Shown: positions 17,044 through 27,636 of the stretch, one piece after another
Position numbering within the stretch: position 1 is the first letter of the stretch
Layout of the letters: each line of letters starts with the position of its first letter
Source: Clostridia bacterium
Lineage (GTDB): Bacteria > Bacillota > Clostridia > Oscillospirales > Acutalibacteraceae
Assembly: GCA_017418905.1 (NCBI GenBank)
Contig: JAFOMO010000025.1
Span: 1-43,970 of the forward strand
Length of the DNA: 43,970 nt
Reading direction: 5' to 3'
Notes under the pieces: model-generated
Told to the model about the DNA's origin: nothing
Databases searched by the model: none
What the model saw: the letters and a program-made list of their open reading frames with translations, nothing else
Position numbers and translations under genes: made by a program

Positions 17044-17787
17044 TTACAGAACGCTTGCAAGGAATTGCTTTGCTTTATCTGTTTTAGGCGAGGTGAATAT
17101 TTCCTGCGGAGTGCCTGTTTCGAGAATTTTTCCGTCTGCCATAAATATTACCCTGTCAGCAACTTCTCTTGCAAATCCCATTTCGTGTGTAACTACAACC
17201 ATTGTCATGCCCTCTTTTGCAAGCGATTTCATAACATCAAGAACTTCGCCTACCATTTCAGGATCAAGTGCAGATGTAGGTTCATCAAAGAGCATTACAT
17301 CAGGCTGCATGCACAACGCACGAACTATTGCTATTCTCTGCTTCTGACCGCCGCTTAGCTGTGACGGATATGCAGACGCTCTGTCTGCAAGTCCTACTTT
17401 ATTTAATAGCTTCATAGCCCTTTCTTCAGCTTCTTCTTTTGAAAGCTTTAAAAGCTTAATGGGAGCTATTGTAATATTTCTTAATACTGTCATATGTGGG
17501 AACAAGTGAAAATGCTGAAACACCATTCCCATTTTTTGTCTGTGCTTATTAATATCAACAGACTTATCAAGCATATTGACACCCTCGAAAATTATTTCTC
17601 CGCCTGTAGGAGTTTCGAGAAGATTCAGAGACCGCAAAAATGTTGATTTGCCCGAACCCGATGGACCGATTATTACAACAACCTCGCCTTTGTTGATCTT
17701 TGTTGATACACCGTTAATTGCATGAAGGTCGCCGAAATGCTTTTCAAGGTTGTTAACTTCAATAAGACTTTCTTTATCAATGTTCAC
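17044..17787 (-). CDS. amino-acid ABC transporter ATP-binding protein
   Basis: Walker [10 protein letters not shown], signature LSGGQKQR, Walker [12 protein letters not shown]. GlnQ/PAAT-type length of 247 aa. Confidence 0.9.
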   Translation of the reverse strand: MNIDKESLIEVNNLEKHFGDLHAINGVSTKINKGEVVVIIGPSGSGKSTFLRSLNLLETPTGGEIIFEGVNMLDKSVDINKHRQKMGMVFQHFHLFPHMTVLRNITIAPIKLLKLSKEEAEERAMKLLNKVGLADRASAYPSQLSGGQKQRIAIVRALCMQPDVMLFDEPTSALDPEMVGEVLDVMKSLAKEGMTMVVVTHEMGFAREVADRVIFMADGKILETGTPQEIFTSPKTDKAKQFLASVL

Positions 17788-18505
17788 TGCTTCTCAGCTT
17801 CCTTTCAAGTATAGATACAAGTTTTGTTAAGATCATGACTATCACGAGATATATCAAAGCAACGGCAATAAGGGGCATAAAAGCGTCAAATGTTCTTCCT
17901 CTGATAATATCTCCGCCCTTTGTGAGGTCTTGAAGTGCAACGTAACCCGAAACAGATGTTTCTTTAAGCAATACAATAAACTCGTTGCACAGTGCCGGCA
18001 AAATGTTTTTAAACGCCTGCGGAAGTATTATATACCACATTGTCTGAGCATAGTTAAATCCAAGTGAGCGTCCTGCTTCAAATTGACCGTTGTCTATCGA
18101 CATAATTCCGGCACGAACAATTTCTGCAACATATGCGCCCGAGTTTATACCAAAAGCGCATATCGCAACAATTATTTCATTGACACCGAGAGGCGCAAGT
18201 ATAACAAAGTATGTAATAAGCAATTGTACTACAACAGGAGTTCCTCTGATTACCGTAAGATAGATCTGACAGATAACATTCAGCACTTTAAGCTTTCCTG
18301 TTTTATCGTGAGTGGAGCGTATAGCTGCAACTAAAAAGCCTAAAATTATGCCTATTACCACTGCACCGAGAGTTATTTTAAGCGTTACGCCCAAACCGTT
18401 CCACAAATACTTCCAACGGTTGTCTGTAATAAAGTCGTTTATAAATCTGCCTTTGTATTTCTCTAACCACTCCGAAAAATCAGCGGAGAGAATAGGTATG
18501 TACAT
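17777..18505 (-). CDS. amino-acid ABC transporter permease
   Basis: Polytopic protein with an EAA-like loop ([25 protein letters not shown]), typical of the His/Glu/Gln/Arg permease family. It overlaps the ATPase gene by 11 nt. Confidence 0.85.
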   Translation of the reverse strand: MYIPILSADFSEWLEKYKGRFINDFITDNRWKYLWNGLGVTLKITLGAVVIGIILGFLVAAIRSTHDKTGKLKVLNVICQIYLTVIRGTPVVVQLLITYFVILAPLGVNEIIVAICAFGINSGAYVAEIVRAGIMSIDNGQFEAGRSLGFNYAQTMWYIILPQAFKNILPALCNEFIVLLKETSVSGYVALQDLTKGGDIIRGRTFDAFMPLIAVALIYLVIVMILTKLVSILERKLRSSEH

Positions 18506-18622
18506 CGTTTTACCTCCTCATACTGATCTCTGATTAAAAGTATGATGAATTTAATTCGAGAGCAGTATCATATTATATTAGAAAAACAGCCGATCAAAAC
18601 CAATACTGTATCATAATTTAAA

Positions 18623-18655
18623 ATCACCGGTCAAGCATGATAGTTAACCGGTGAT
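18623..18655 (-). terminator. intra-operon hairpin between the binding-protein and permease genes (partial terminator or stabiliser)
   Basis: 9-bp stem ATCACCGGT / ACCGGTGAT (18623-18631 / 18647-18655), followed on the minus strand by TTTAAATT. Confidence 0.35.
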
Positions 18656-18680
18656 CTTAATGATTTAATCAGCCTTATTA

Positions 18681-19502
18681 TTATTCTTCGGGAATATATT
18701 TTTTGATAATTGAATCGAGTGTTCCGTCTGCTTTCAATTCACCCAAAGCCTTGTTGATCTTCTCTTTAAGCTCTGTATTCTCTTTGCTTATTGCAATAGC
18801 ATACTCTTCATCGGCATAGCTTGTTTCGAGAATTGCCAATCCATCATTAGCTGCTACATAAGATTTTGCAGGCTCGTTGTCAATAATAACTGCATCAATG
18901 ATACCTGCTGCAAGTGCTGCAACTGCATCGTTGCCCTTGCTGTATCTCTTGATGTTCTCCTCGCCAAAATCTTCTGAAGCGTAAATATCGCCTGTTGTAT
19001 TTTCCTGCACACCGATCTTCTTGCCTGTGAGATCGTCAACAGACTGAATTTCACTGCCCTCTTTTACGATAACTACCTGTACAGCAGTTGCGTATGTGTC
19101 GGAGAAATCGACTGTAACAAGACGATCTTCTGTAACAGTCATACCTGCCATACCCATATCAACAGAACCTGTCTGCACTGCACCAATGATAGAACCGAAC
19201 TCCATGTCTTTGATCTCAAGCTCCATACCAAGCTTATCTGCAATAAGTGCTGCAACCTCGGCATCGATACCTACAATGGTCTCGTTCTCGTAATACTCAT
19301 ACGGTGGGAAAGATGCATTTGTTGCCATTACAAGCTTGCCGTTAGTCGGCTTTGCTTCGGCTGCATCGGAGGTAGCTTTCTTACTCTCCTGTGAACCTGT
19401 TGCACTTGATGAAGTGTTGTTCGTTGTTGTTCCACATGCTGCAAAAGCTATGCAAAGCACAACTGCAAGAACAAGTGCGATCACTCTTTTAACTGCTTTC
19501 AT
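18681..19502 (-). CDS. amino-acid ABC transporter substrate-binding lipoprotein
   Basis: Signal peptide with lipobox (IAFAAC), a Ser/Thr-rich linker, then a family-3 solute-binding fold (GIDAEVA...MGMAGMTVT). Confidence 0.85.
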   Translation of the reverse strand: MKAVKRVIALVLAVVLCIAFAACGTTTNNTSSSATGSQESKKATSDAAEAKPTNGKLVMATNASFPPYEYYENETIVGIDAEVAALIADKLGMELEIKDMEFGSIIGAVQTGSVDMGMAGMTVTEDRLVTVDFSDTYATAVQVVIVKEGSEIQSVDDLTGKKIGVQENTTGDIYASEDFGEENIKRYSKGNDAVAALAAGIIDAVIIDNEPAKSYVAANDGLAILETSYADEEYAIAISKENTELKEKINKALGELKADGTLDSIIKKYIPEE

Positions 19503-19639
19503 AATTCTTTTATCCTCCTAAATCTTTTTGTATCTATTTTCAGATAGAATACAATTGCACCCGATAATACTAACATAATTTATTATTAATAGTCAATAAT
19601 TTTTGCAACAATGTTACCTTTTGTGTTAATTCTTATAAA

Positions 19640-20845
19640 TTATAATAGTTCCAAACAGGTTTCTTTGAATGTTTTTATTATAAACTCAACCTCTTCATCT
19701 GTAAGCAGCGAATAAAGAGGAAGAGATACTTCGTTTTTATACATATTATATGCTTCGGGGTAATCTTTAATATCAAACCCTAACTGCTTATATGCAGTAT
19801 GCATCGGCAACGGCTTATAGTGTACGTTTGTAGCAACACCCTTTTCAAGCATTCTGTCCATAAATCGGTTGCGGAAGTTTTCATCCTTTTCTGTAAAGCG
19901 CACCATGTACAAATGCATACTTGATCCTAAGCTTGTAAAGTGGTCTATCGATTCAACTCCGTTTATTTCCGAAAAAGCTTTATCATACCTTTTAACTATA
20001 CTTCTTCTCTTTGATAGTATTTCGTCTGTTCTGGAAAGCTGAACCAAACCTATTGAGGCTAATATATCAGTCATATTGTGCTTATACCCTGTATAAACAA
20101 TGTCATACTCCCAGAATGGTTTTTCTCCCTCGGGCTTAAAGGCTCTGTCTTGTCCATGACAGGCAAGAAGTGCAAGCTGTTTTTTCAAAGCTTTTCCGTC
20201 TATTCCCTCTATTGGTTTAAAGGCAAGAATACCGCCTTCGGCAGTGGTAAAGTTCTTTACTGCATGAAAGGAAAAGCTTGTAAAATCTGCAAGCTCACCT
20301 GAACGCTTTCCGTCAGCACGTTCTGCCATAAATGAATGTGCACCGTCTGCAACTATCGGTATTCTGCCGATAGCCTTTTGCAGATCGTTTTTCGGCTTAA
20401 AAACAGTTTTCTTGCTTTCAGATATTTCTAAAAGCTTGTCATAATCGCACAATACACCGCCCAGATCAACAGGTACTATCGCCTTTGTTTTTGATGTGAC
20501 TGCTTTCTCTGCTGCCTCGTATGAGATATGGAACGTACCGGGTTCGACATCTACAATTACGGGTGTTGCTCCGACGTGTTTTATAACGCTTGCGGAGGCT
20601 GTGTATGTATAAGCAGGTACAATGACCTCGTCGCCCTCGCCTATACCGAGAAGTCTTAATGCCATTTCATGGCACGCTGTTGCGGAGTTCATACAAGCTG
20701 TATACGGAACATGACACAACTGCGCCGCTTTCTGTGACAGCTCTTCTGTTTTTGGTCCTGTGGTTATCCAGGACGACTTCATTGTTTCAACTACTGCGTC
20801 TATTTCTGCCTGACCTATGTCCGGCGGTGAAAACGGTATTTTCAT
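19640..20845 (-). CDS. DegT/DnrJ/EryC1/StrS-family PLP-dependent aminotransferase
   Basis: MKIPFSPPDIGQAEIDAV... The family-typical lysine block is SFSFHAVKNFTTAEGG. 401 aa. Confidence 0.85.
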   Translation of the reverse strand: MKIPFSPPDIGQAEIDAVVETMKSSWITTGPKTEELSQKAAQLCHVPYTACMNSATACHEMALRLLGIGEGDEVIVPAYTYTASASVIKHVGATPVIVDVEPGTFHISYEAAEKAVTSKTKAIVPVDLGGVLCDYDKLLEISESKKTVFKPKNDLQKAIGRIPIVADGAHSFMAERADGKRSGELADFTSFSFHAVKNFTTAEGGILAFKPIEGIDGKALKKQLALLACHGQDRAFKPEGEKPFWEYDIVYTGYKHNMTDILASIGLVQLSRTDEILSKRRSIVKRYDKAFSEINGVESIDHFTSLGSSMHLYMVRFTEKDENFRNRFMDRMLEKGVATNVHYKPLPMHTAYKQLGFDIKDYPEAYNMYKNEVSLPLYSLLTDEEVEFIIKTFKETCLELL

Positions 20846-20860
20846 TATATAATATCTCCC

Positions 20861-22519
20861 TTATTTTGAATTAAGCATTTCTTCTGCGTGCTGTAATGAC
20901 AACTCAGACGGATTATTTCCGTCAATTATTCTTGATAACTCGTATTTTCTTTCTTCTAAGTCTAACTTTTTAACGGTAGTATAAGTTCTTCCATCGGAAA
21001 CATTCTTGCTGATAAACAAATGAAGATCTGCAAGCGCCGCAATCTGCGCCTGGTGAGTTATACACAACACCTGATGCGTTTTTGAAAGCTGCTGAAGCTT
21101 TCTGCCAACCTTTGACGCTGCTGAACCGCTGATTCCTGTGTCTATTTCGTCAAAGATAAGAGTTGAGATTTCATCCTTTTCGGCAACGATTGTTTTTATT
21201 GCAAGCATTATTCTTGATAGCTCTCCTCCCGAAGCAATTTTTGACAAAGGCTTTGGCTCTTCTCCGGGATTTGCGGATATTAATATCTCCAGTCTGTCAC
21301 AGCCTGTTGAAGAATAGTCGCATTTTGTAATATCAGGCACCATTATCATATTTGGCATATCAAGAAAACGCATTTCCTGCATTACTGCGGTGCAAAATTC
21401 ATTCGCTGTTTTTGTTCTCTGTTCTGTGAGAAGCTTCGCTGCGCCAATCATTTCTTTTTTTGCAGCTTCAAATTTCTGTTCAAGCTTTTCTTTGTTTTCG
21501 TCAAACTGAATAAGCTCGTCAAGCTCGTTTTGCGATCTCTCGCAATACTCCAGAATCTCTGAAATAGTATCTCCGTACTTTCTCGACAGAGTTCTTATAA
21601 GGTCATAACGATCTTCTACTTCATTGAGTTCGTTAGGGTCTGCGTCTATCTCGTCTAACAAATTGCTTATCTCGTATTGACAATCCTTTAATTCTTCATA
21701 AGACGACTGTATTCTTTGTGAAAGCTCGTCTATTGCAGGGTACAATGACGATATTTCAGACAATGAATTGCTTACATTATCCACAGCGGAAACTGCGCCC
21801 TCTTCGTCCTCGCCTGCAAGCAAAGCATACGCATAAGAAAGCCCCATTCGTATTTTTTCACTGTTTGCGAGAAAACGTCTTCTTTCTTCCAGCTCTTCAA
21901 GTTCTCCGTCTTGCAGCTCTGCGTCCTCGATCTCTTGTATCTGATACTGCAAAAGGTCTATTCTGCGTTCTCGCTCCTGAATATTATCCTGCATATCGTT
22001 GAGCTTTTTACGAATACCGCTGAATACTTCATACTTCTGCTTATAATCATTATATATATCATCGTATTCGCCTACTGCGTCTATATAGCTCAAATGGCTG
22101 TCGGCAGTCATAAAATCATAGCCTTCGTTCTGACCGTAAATATTTATCAGCGCAGGACCTATTTTTTTCAGATTAGAAAGCGGAGTTGGACGGCCGTTTA
22201 TTTTACAGATGTTTTTTCCTGCAGCTGTGATCTGTCTTTGAAGAATAAACATATCGTCATCGCACTCACAGCCCATTTCATCAAATAACTCTAATGCACT
22301 TTTTGATACATCTGAAAATGTTGCTATTATCATTGCCGAGTCACAGCCTGAACGAATCAGCTCTCTTGAAATTCTCTGACCCATAATAGCGTTTATAGAG
22401 TCAATTATTATCGACTTACCTGCGCCCGTTTCACCAGTCAGAATATTGAAGGATTCGTCAAAATCTATGCTTGCCTTTTCTATTACAGCAACATTTTCTA
22501 TATATATATTCAATAACAT
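20861..22519 (-). CDS. recN: DNA repair protein RecN
   Basis: N-terminal Walker A (GETGAGKS), a long central coiled-coil, and C-terminal SGGELSR and LIFDEIDTGISG. It follows argR, as in other Firmicutes. Confidence 0.9.
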   Translation of the reverse strand: MLLNIYIENVAVIEKASIDFDESFNILTGETGAGKSIIIDSINAIMGQRISRELIRSGCDSAMIIATFSDVSKSALELFDEMGCECDDDMFILQRQITAAGKNICKINGRPTPLSNLKKIGPALINIYGQNEGYDFMTADSHLSYIDAVGEYDDIYNDYKQKYEVFSGIRKKLNDMQDNIQERERRIDLLQYQIQEIEDAELQDGELEELEERRRFLANSEKIRMGLSYAYALLAGEDEEGAVSAVDNVSNSLSEISSLYPAIDELSQRIQSSYEELKDCQYEISNLLDEIDADPNELNEVEDRYDLIRTLSRKYGDTISEILEYCERSQNELDELIQFDENKEKLEQKFEAAKKEMIGAAKLLTEQRTKTANEFCTAVMQEMRFLDMPNMIMVPDITKCDYSSTGCDRLEILISANPGEEPKPLSKIASGGELSRIMLAIKTIVAEKDEISTLIFDEIDTGISGSAASKVGRKLQQLSKTHQVLCITHQAQIAALADLHLFISKNVSDGRTYTTVKKLDLEERKYELSRIIDGNNPSELSLQHAEEMLNSK

Positions 22520-22528
22520 TATATCACC

Positions 22529-22987
22529 TTATTTATCGTAGATCGAATTTAATCGAAGTTTTGAACAAATGCTTTTTGCTGTCTCAATAGAATCGGCGGC
22601 AAGAAAAATAGTATCGTCTCCGGCGATCGAACCCAAAACGCCTCTCAGTCCCACTGCATCTACGGTAGTACAAACCGCCTGAGCCATTCCCGATTCTGTT
22701 TTTATTACTACAAGGTTTTGAGCGCAGTCAACGGAAATAACGGACGATGAAAAAAGCGACTCAAAATTCGCCATAACATCTGTATGCTTTTCTTCTGAAG
22801 CTGCATAACAATACTTACCTGAATTTGTAAGCCTTTTAATAAGCTTGAGTTCTTTGACATCACGAGATACCGTTGCCTGAGTTACGTTAAAACCGTCTGC
22901 TCTAAGCTCTGAAAGAAGTTCGTCTTGTGTGCTTATTTCTTTTGATTGTATAAGCTCGATAATTCTTGAATGTCTGCCCTTTTTCAA
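22529..22987 (-). CDS. argR: arginine repressor ArgR/AhrC
   Basis: Winged-helix N-terminus (QDELLSELRADGFNVTQATVSRDVKEL) and a C-terminal GSIAGDDTIF oligomerisation/arginine-binding motif. Confidence 0.85.
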   Translation of the reverse strand: MKKGRHSRIIELIQSKEISTQDELLSELRADGFNVTQATVSRDVKELKLIKRLTNSGKYCYAASEEKHTDVMANFESLFSSSVISVDCAQNLVVIKTESGMAQAVCTTVDAVGLRGVLGSIAGDDTIFLAADSIETAKSICSKLRLNSIYDK

Positions 22988-22988
22988 T

Positions 22989-23846
22989 TTATGTTCTCCT
23001 TTCGGTGAGCTTGTCGTTTAATATTCGATAAAAATTCTTATTGTTTAGCTTGATAAAGTCTGCCGTAAGCTTTGAGCGTTTTACTGTAATGCTGTCGCTT
23101 TTGTCTATCTTGAAAGACTGTATTCCGTCAACAGTCACAAAGATGTCTGCGTCACACCTTTCATTCGGCATCACAGATACTTGTGAATCATCAGAAAACA
23201 GTACCGAACGAGTAAACAGAGAATGAGGACAGACAGGAGTCAGCAAGATACACTTCATATGCGGTTCTATAACAGGACCTCCAGCAGACAAGGAATAGGC
23301 GGTTGACCCTGTGGGCGTTGAAAGAATTAGTCCGTCTGATCGGTATGAGTTGATAAACTCGCCGTTATACTTTACGTCCAATTCTACCATTCGTGACAGA
23401 GAACCTCTCGAAACGGTAACATCATTGAGCGCATAAAGAGTGTTGGCTCTGTTTTTACTGAAAACGGATACTTCGAGCATCATTCTCTCGTCAATAGAAT
23501 ATGTTCTGTCAAAAAGCTTTGACAACAGAGGAATATCGGCAGGCTCTAAGTTTGCAACAAAACCCACCCTGCCGCAGTTTACTCCGAGTATAGGCTTATT
23601 TAGTGTGGCTGCGTGCTTTGCTATGTGTATAATAGTTCCGTCGCCGCCGATAGCTATTACTATATCAGATTTTTCTATGGCTGCAAGGTGTGTTGCATAA
23701 TACGATATATTATTACCCTTTATCGTATTTTCAAACACCCTCGGTACAGAAAAACTGATATTATACCTTTTCAAAAATGAAATAATATCTTTTGCTGTGT
23801 TTATTGCCTCCGTCTTGTCATGGTTAGGCATAATTGCAATTCTCAT
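22989..23846 (-). CDS. nadK: NAD kinase
   Basis: GGDGT motif (IAIGGDGTIIH), NDV..SRG, and TPTGSTAYSLSAGGP. Confidence 0.9.
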   Translation of the reverse strand: MRIAIMPNHDKTEAINTAKDIISFLKRYNISFSVPRVFENTIKGNNISYYATHLAAIEKSDIVIAIGGDGTIIHIAKHAATLNKPILGVNCGRVGFVANLEPADIPLLSKLFDRTYSIDERMMLEVSVFSKNRANTLYALNDVTVSRGSLSRMVELDVKYNGEFINSYRSDGLILSTPTGSTAYSLSAGGPVIEPHMKCILLTPVCPHSLFTRSVLFSDDSQVSVMPNERCDADIFVTVDGIQSFKIDKSDSITVKRSKLTADFIKLNNKNFYRILNDKLTERRT

Positions 23847-23861
23847 TGTCTGCTCTCCAAA

Positions 23862-24671
23862 TTATTTATCAAGAGTTTCATGTGAACGGCGTACAACCTC
23901 TTCTGCATTAACACTGACCGATTGTTCGGTATCATCATAATTTCCCAAAAACAAAAGATACTCTATATTCCCTTCGGGTCCCTTAACAGGTGAAAAATCA
24001 AGTCCTAAAACAGAGTAACCGGTATCTTTTGCAAAAGATACTATCTTTTCAATAACCTGTGTATGTATTTTGGGATCTCTGACAACACCGTTTTTGCCTA
24101 CGTTGCCTTTTCCTGCTTCAAATTGAGGCTTTATCAGACAAACAGCTTTTCCTCCCTGCTTGACAAATTTCTTTGCAACCGGCAGAATAAGCTTCAATGA
24201 GATAAATGATACATCTACACTGAAAAAATCAATGGGTTCTGTTATCTGTTCGGAGGTCACATATCTGAAATTTGTGCGTTCAAGATTTACAACTCGCTCA
24301 TCACTTCGCAGCTTCCACGCAAGCTGACCGTATCCTACATCGATCGCAAAAACCTTTTTTGCTCCATGTTGAAGCATACAATCGGTAAAACCGCCGTGTG
24401 AAGCCCCTATATCCATAGCGGTAACACCACTCAGTTCTAAATCGAATACCTCTACTGCCTTTTCAAGCTTTAAGCCGCCTCGGCTGACATATTTTAAGGT
24501 ATTGCCTCTCACTTCAATTTTTGCAGTTTCCGGATAGCAGGTTCCAGGTTTATCGGATTTCTGATTATCAACATACACTATACCCGACATAATTATTGCC
24601 TTTGCCTTTTCTCTGCTCTCTGCAAGCCCTTTTTCAAAAAGCAAAATATCGAGTCTTTTTTTTTCTGCCAA
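23862..24671 (-). CDS. tlyA: TlyA-family rRNA 2'-O-methyltransferase (S4 domain plus FtsJ-like methyltransferase)
   Basis: S4-like N-terminus (KRLDILLFEKGLAESREKAKAIIMSG) and an AdoMet motif (DIGASHGGFTD). Confidence 0.85.
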   Translation of the reverse strand: MAEKKRLDILLFEKGLAESREKAKAIIMSGIVYVDNQKSDKPGTCYPETAKIEVRGNTLKYVSRGGLKLEKAVEVFDLELSGVTAMDIGASHGGFTDCMLQHGAKKVFAIDVGYGQLAWKLRSDERVVNLERTNFRYVTSEQITEPIDFFSVDVSFISLKLILPVAKKFVKQGGKAVCLIKPQFEAGKGNVGKNGVVRDPKIHTQVIEKIVSFAKDTGYSVLGLDFSPVKGPEGNIEYLLFLGNYDDTEQSVSVNAEEVVRRSHETLDK

Positions 24672-24680
24672 AAAATCACC

Positions 24681-26540
24681 TTAGTTCCATGTTAGTTTAT
24701 TTACTATTCCGTCACAGTCAAGTCCCAGATCCGACAACGCCTGCTGTACGGTTGACTGCGGTACAAACTTATCATCTATTGCAGTCAAAGAAAAATCTCC
24801 CTTATACCCATATTCACCCAGCATACAGCAAAAGCTCTCTCCTATTCCCCCGCACTTTATACCTTCTTCAAAGAAATATACCTTTTTGAACTCTGCAGCG
24901 AGTAATACAGCCTCACGGCTTATGGGCTTTATTCGTTCTAATTTTATTATTGTAATATCTTTATTATTTTTATCTTTTAAAACTTCTTTAGCTTTGCAGG
25001 CATTTGCAAATATTCTGCCGTAAGTTACAACTACGGCATCTTTTCCGCTGCCGTAAACAGTGTATTCTTCTCCGGAAATGTAATCATCAGGCTTATAGGG
25101 TTCGCCGCCCCGAGGGTATCTTACGGCAGTAATACCGTCATACTTATATATAGCCTTATGAAGATCACGTTCAAGCTCATCAAAATAACAAGGGGAATAT
25201 ACAGTCGCTCCGGGAACAGAATTGAGCATTGCTGTATCGAATACACCCTGATGTGTTTCGCCGTCCTCTCCCACAATGCCTGCACGATCAATAGCAAGAA
25301 TCACATGAACATCTTGTGCGGCAACATCATGTATGATCTGATCGTATGATCTTTGCAGGAAAGAGGAATATACAGCAAACACAGGTATCATACCCTCTGT
25401 TGCCATTCCGGCGGCAAATGTAACTGCATGTTCTTCAGCAATACCAACGTCGAAGAATCTTTCTTTATATTTATTTGAAAACGTCACAAGACCTGTTCCA
25501 AGTTTCATAGCGGCAGAAATTGCGCAAATGCGGCTGTCACGTTGAGCCATATCGCACATTGCATTTCCGAAATATGCTGAAAAACCGTCTTTGGAGCTTA
25601 ACGGTTCTCCGGTATCTATATCAAATTGCCCTATTCCGTGAAATGCTGTCGGTTCTTCTTCTGCGTAAGAGTAGCCCTTGCCTTTTTTGGTCATTACATG
25701 AATAAGTACACCTTGATTTACATTTTTTGAAGCATTTAGAGCATCTATAAGCTTACCTATATCATGACCGTCCACGGGACCGTAATATACAAAACCAAGA
25801 TCTTCAAAAATCGTATTCCTGTAAACTGAAACACGAAGCTTAGATTTTGAATGAAGCATCATTTTTCTGATAGGGTTGCCTATTACGGGCGTATGAATAA
25901 GAATTTTTTCAACTATCTTTTTTGTTCTGATGTAGGCCGGTCTTATTCTGATATGAGTAAGGTATCTTGCAATTGATCCCACATTACGAGAGATCGACAT
26001 TTTGTTGTCATTCAGTATAACAGTAAAATTCTTCGGTGAACGTCCTGCATTATTCAAGCCTTCAAAAGCCAGACCGCCTGTTAATGCGCCGTCACCTATT
26101 ACGGCAATAGTTCTGCCCTTTTCGCCTTTTACTGCACGGGCACGGGCGATTCCGTAAGCGGCAGAAATAGATGTGCTGCTGTGTCCGACATTAAAAGCGT
26201 CATATTCGCTTTCACTGCGTTTTGGAAAACCCGACAAGCCGCCCTTTGTTCTTATAGTTGAAAGCTTATCTTTTCTGCCTGTGAGTATTTTATGAGTGTA
26301 GGACTGATGACCTACGTCCCACACAATTTTATCGGTCGGCGTATCATACACATAGTGCATTGCAACAGTCAACTCAACAGTTCCTAAATTAGGAGATAAA
26401 TGACCGCCGTTATTTGCAACGGTTTTTATTATCAGATCTCTGATCTCGGAACACAGTATATTCAACTCATCTATTGATAGCTTTTTCAAGTCTGCGGGTG
26501 AATTGATCTTATCAAGATATTCATATATTGAATCACTCAA
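24681..26540 (-). CDS. dxs: 1-deoxy-D-xylulose-5-phosphate synthase
   Basis: GGHLSPNLG, WDVGHQSY, and the ThDP motif IGDGALTGG...NDN. 619 aa. Confidence 0.95.
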   Translation of the reverse strand: MSDSIYEYLDKINSPADLKKLSIDELNILCSEIRDLIIKTVANNGGHLSPNLGTVELTVAMHYVYDTPTDKIVWDVGHQSYTHKILTGRKDKLSTIRTKGGLSGFPKRSESEYDAFNVGHSSTSISAAYGIARARAVKGEKGRTIAVIGDGALTGGLAFEGLNNAGRSPKNFTVILNDNKMSISRNVGSIARYLTHIRIRPAYIRTKKIVEKILIHTPVIGNPIRKMMLHSKSKLRVSVYRNTIFEDLGFVYYGPVDGHDIGKLIDALNASKNVNQGVLIHVMTKKGKGYSYAEEEPTAFHGIGQFDIDTGEPLSSKDGFSAYFGNAMCDMAQRDSRICAISAAMKLGTGLVTFSNKYKERFFDVGIAEEHAVTFAAGMATEGMIPVFAVYSSFLQRSYDQIIHDVAAQDVHVILAIDRAGIVGEDGETHQGVFDTAMLNSVPGATVYSPCYFDELERDLHKAIYKYDGITAVRYPRGGEPYKPDDYISGEEYTVYGSGKDAVVVTYGRIFANACKAKEVLKDKNNKDITIIKLERIKPISREAVLLAAEFKKVYFFEEGIKCGGIGESFCCMLGEYGYKGDFSLTAIDDKFVPQSTVQQALSDLGLDCDGIVNKLTWN

Positions 26541-26556
26541 AATATGTCATTCCTTT

Positions 26557-27438
26557 TCAGTAAACACGTTTAGCCAGATCTAAAGCCAATGATCTTAAAA
26601 AATCCGCACTGCCGTCAAATACGTTTAATTCAATTATAGCATTTTTTGTCAGATCATTTACTATTTCACGGCTTTTCTCCAGTCCCAACACAGTAACATA
26701 GTTGACCTTTTCGTTTTCTTTATCGCTTCCGACAGGCTTTCCAAGCACCTCTGGTGTTGATGTAACATCCAATATATCGTCAACTATCTGAAATGCCAAA
26801 CCGATATTCTCTGCATATTTCTCGGCGGCTTTTATTTTTTCATCATCTGCATTCGCCAAAATACAGCCCATAACACAGGCGGCTTTTATCAAAGCACCTG
26901 TTTTCTTAGAATACATCAAAGTGAGCGTATCGAGTGAGGGAGATTTTCCCTCGGTTTCAAGGTCTATTACCTGTCCGCCTGCCATTCCGACAGCACCGCT
27001 GCACTTTGCAAGAACTCCTGCGGCTTTGGCACCGTTTAACCCTGTTTTTTCGAGTGCTTTGCTGCTGAGCATAACCTCAAAAGCCAAAGTCTGCAAAGCG
27101 TCCCCTGCAAGCAGGGCAATATCTTCTCCGTATACTATATGATTTGACGGTCTGCCTCTTCTCAGATCGTCATCATCCATACAAGGAAGATCGTCATGGA
27201 TAAGCGAATATGCGTGTATCATCTCAACTGCGCAGGCATAAGGCATTGCTGCTTCTGTGTCACCGCCGCAAAGCTCGCAGAAAGACAATAGAAGCGTCGG
27301 GCGCAGCCTTTTTCCTTTTGCCAGCAGACTGTATTCCATAGAGCGAATGAGGTTCTTTTCTTCACATTCCGCTGACGGTAAAAGGGTAGGCAGATAATTA
27401 TCTATTCTTTCAATAAAATCATTCTTCATTGCTGTCAC
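26557..27438 (-). CDS. ispA: farnesyl/geranylgeranyl diphosphate synthase (polyprenyl synthetase)
   Basis: FARM motif LIHDDLPCMDDDDLRRG and SARM motif FQIVDDILD. Confidence 0.85.
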   Translation of the reverse strand: MTAMKNDFIERIDNYLPTLLPSAECEEKNLIRSMEYSLLAKGKRLRPTLLLSFCELCGGDTEAAMPYACAVEMIHAYSLIHDDLPCMDDDDLRRGRPSNHIVYGEDIALLAGDALQTLAFEVMLSSKALEKTGLNGAKAAGVLAKCSGAVGMAGGQVIDLETEGKSPSLDTLTLMYSKKTGALIKAACVMGCILANADDEKIKAAEKYAENIGLAFQIVDDILDVTSTPEVLGKPVGSDKENEKVNYVTVLGLEKSREIVNDLTKNAIIELNVFDGSADFLRSLALDLAKRVY

Positions 27439-27631
27439 CGATATTTTCCAAAGAGATCTGAGAGAATTTCAACTGAGCTTCTTTTAGCTTTTCATAACAA
27501 AAAGCCGTAAGCTTTGCTCCCTCTTGATAAAGGTCTATCGTCTGCTGTAAAGTTATATCTTTATCTTCGATCTTTGAGGCGATCTCTTCAAGTCTTTTTT
27601 TTGCTTCTTCATAAGTATTATATTCATTCAT
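27419..27631 (-). CDS. xseB: exodeoxyribonuclease VII small subunit
   Basis: 70-aa helical protein (YEEAKKRLEEIASKIEDKDITLQQTIDLYQEG) immediately downstream of xseA. Confidence 0.85.
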   Translation of the reverse strand: MNEYNTYEEAKKRLEEIASKIEDKDITLQQTIDLYQEGAKLTAFCYEKLKEAQLKFSQISLENIGDSNEE

Positions 27632-27636
27632 AATTA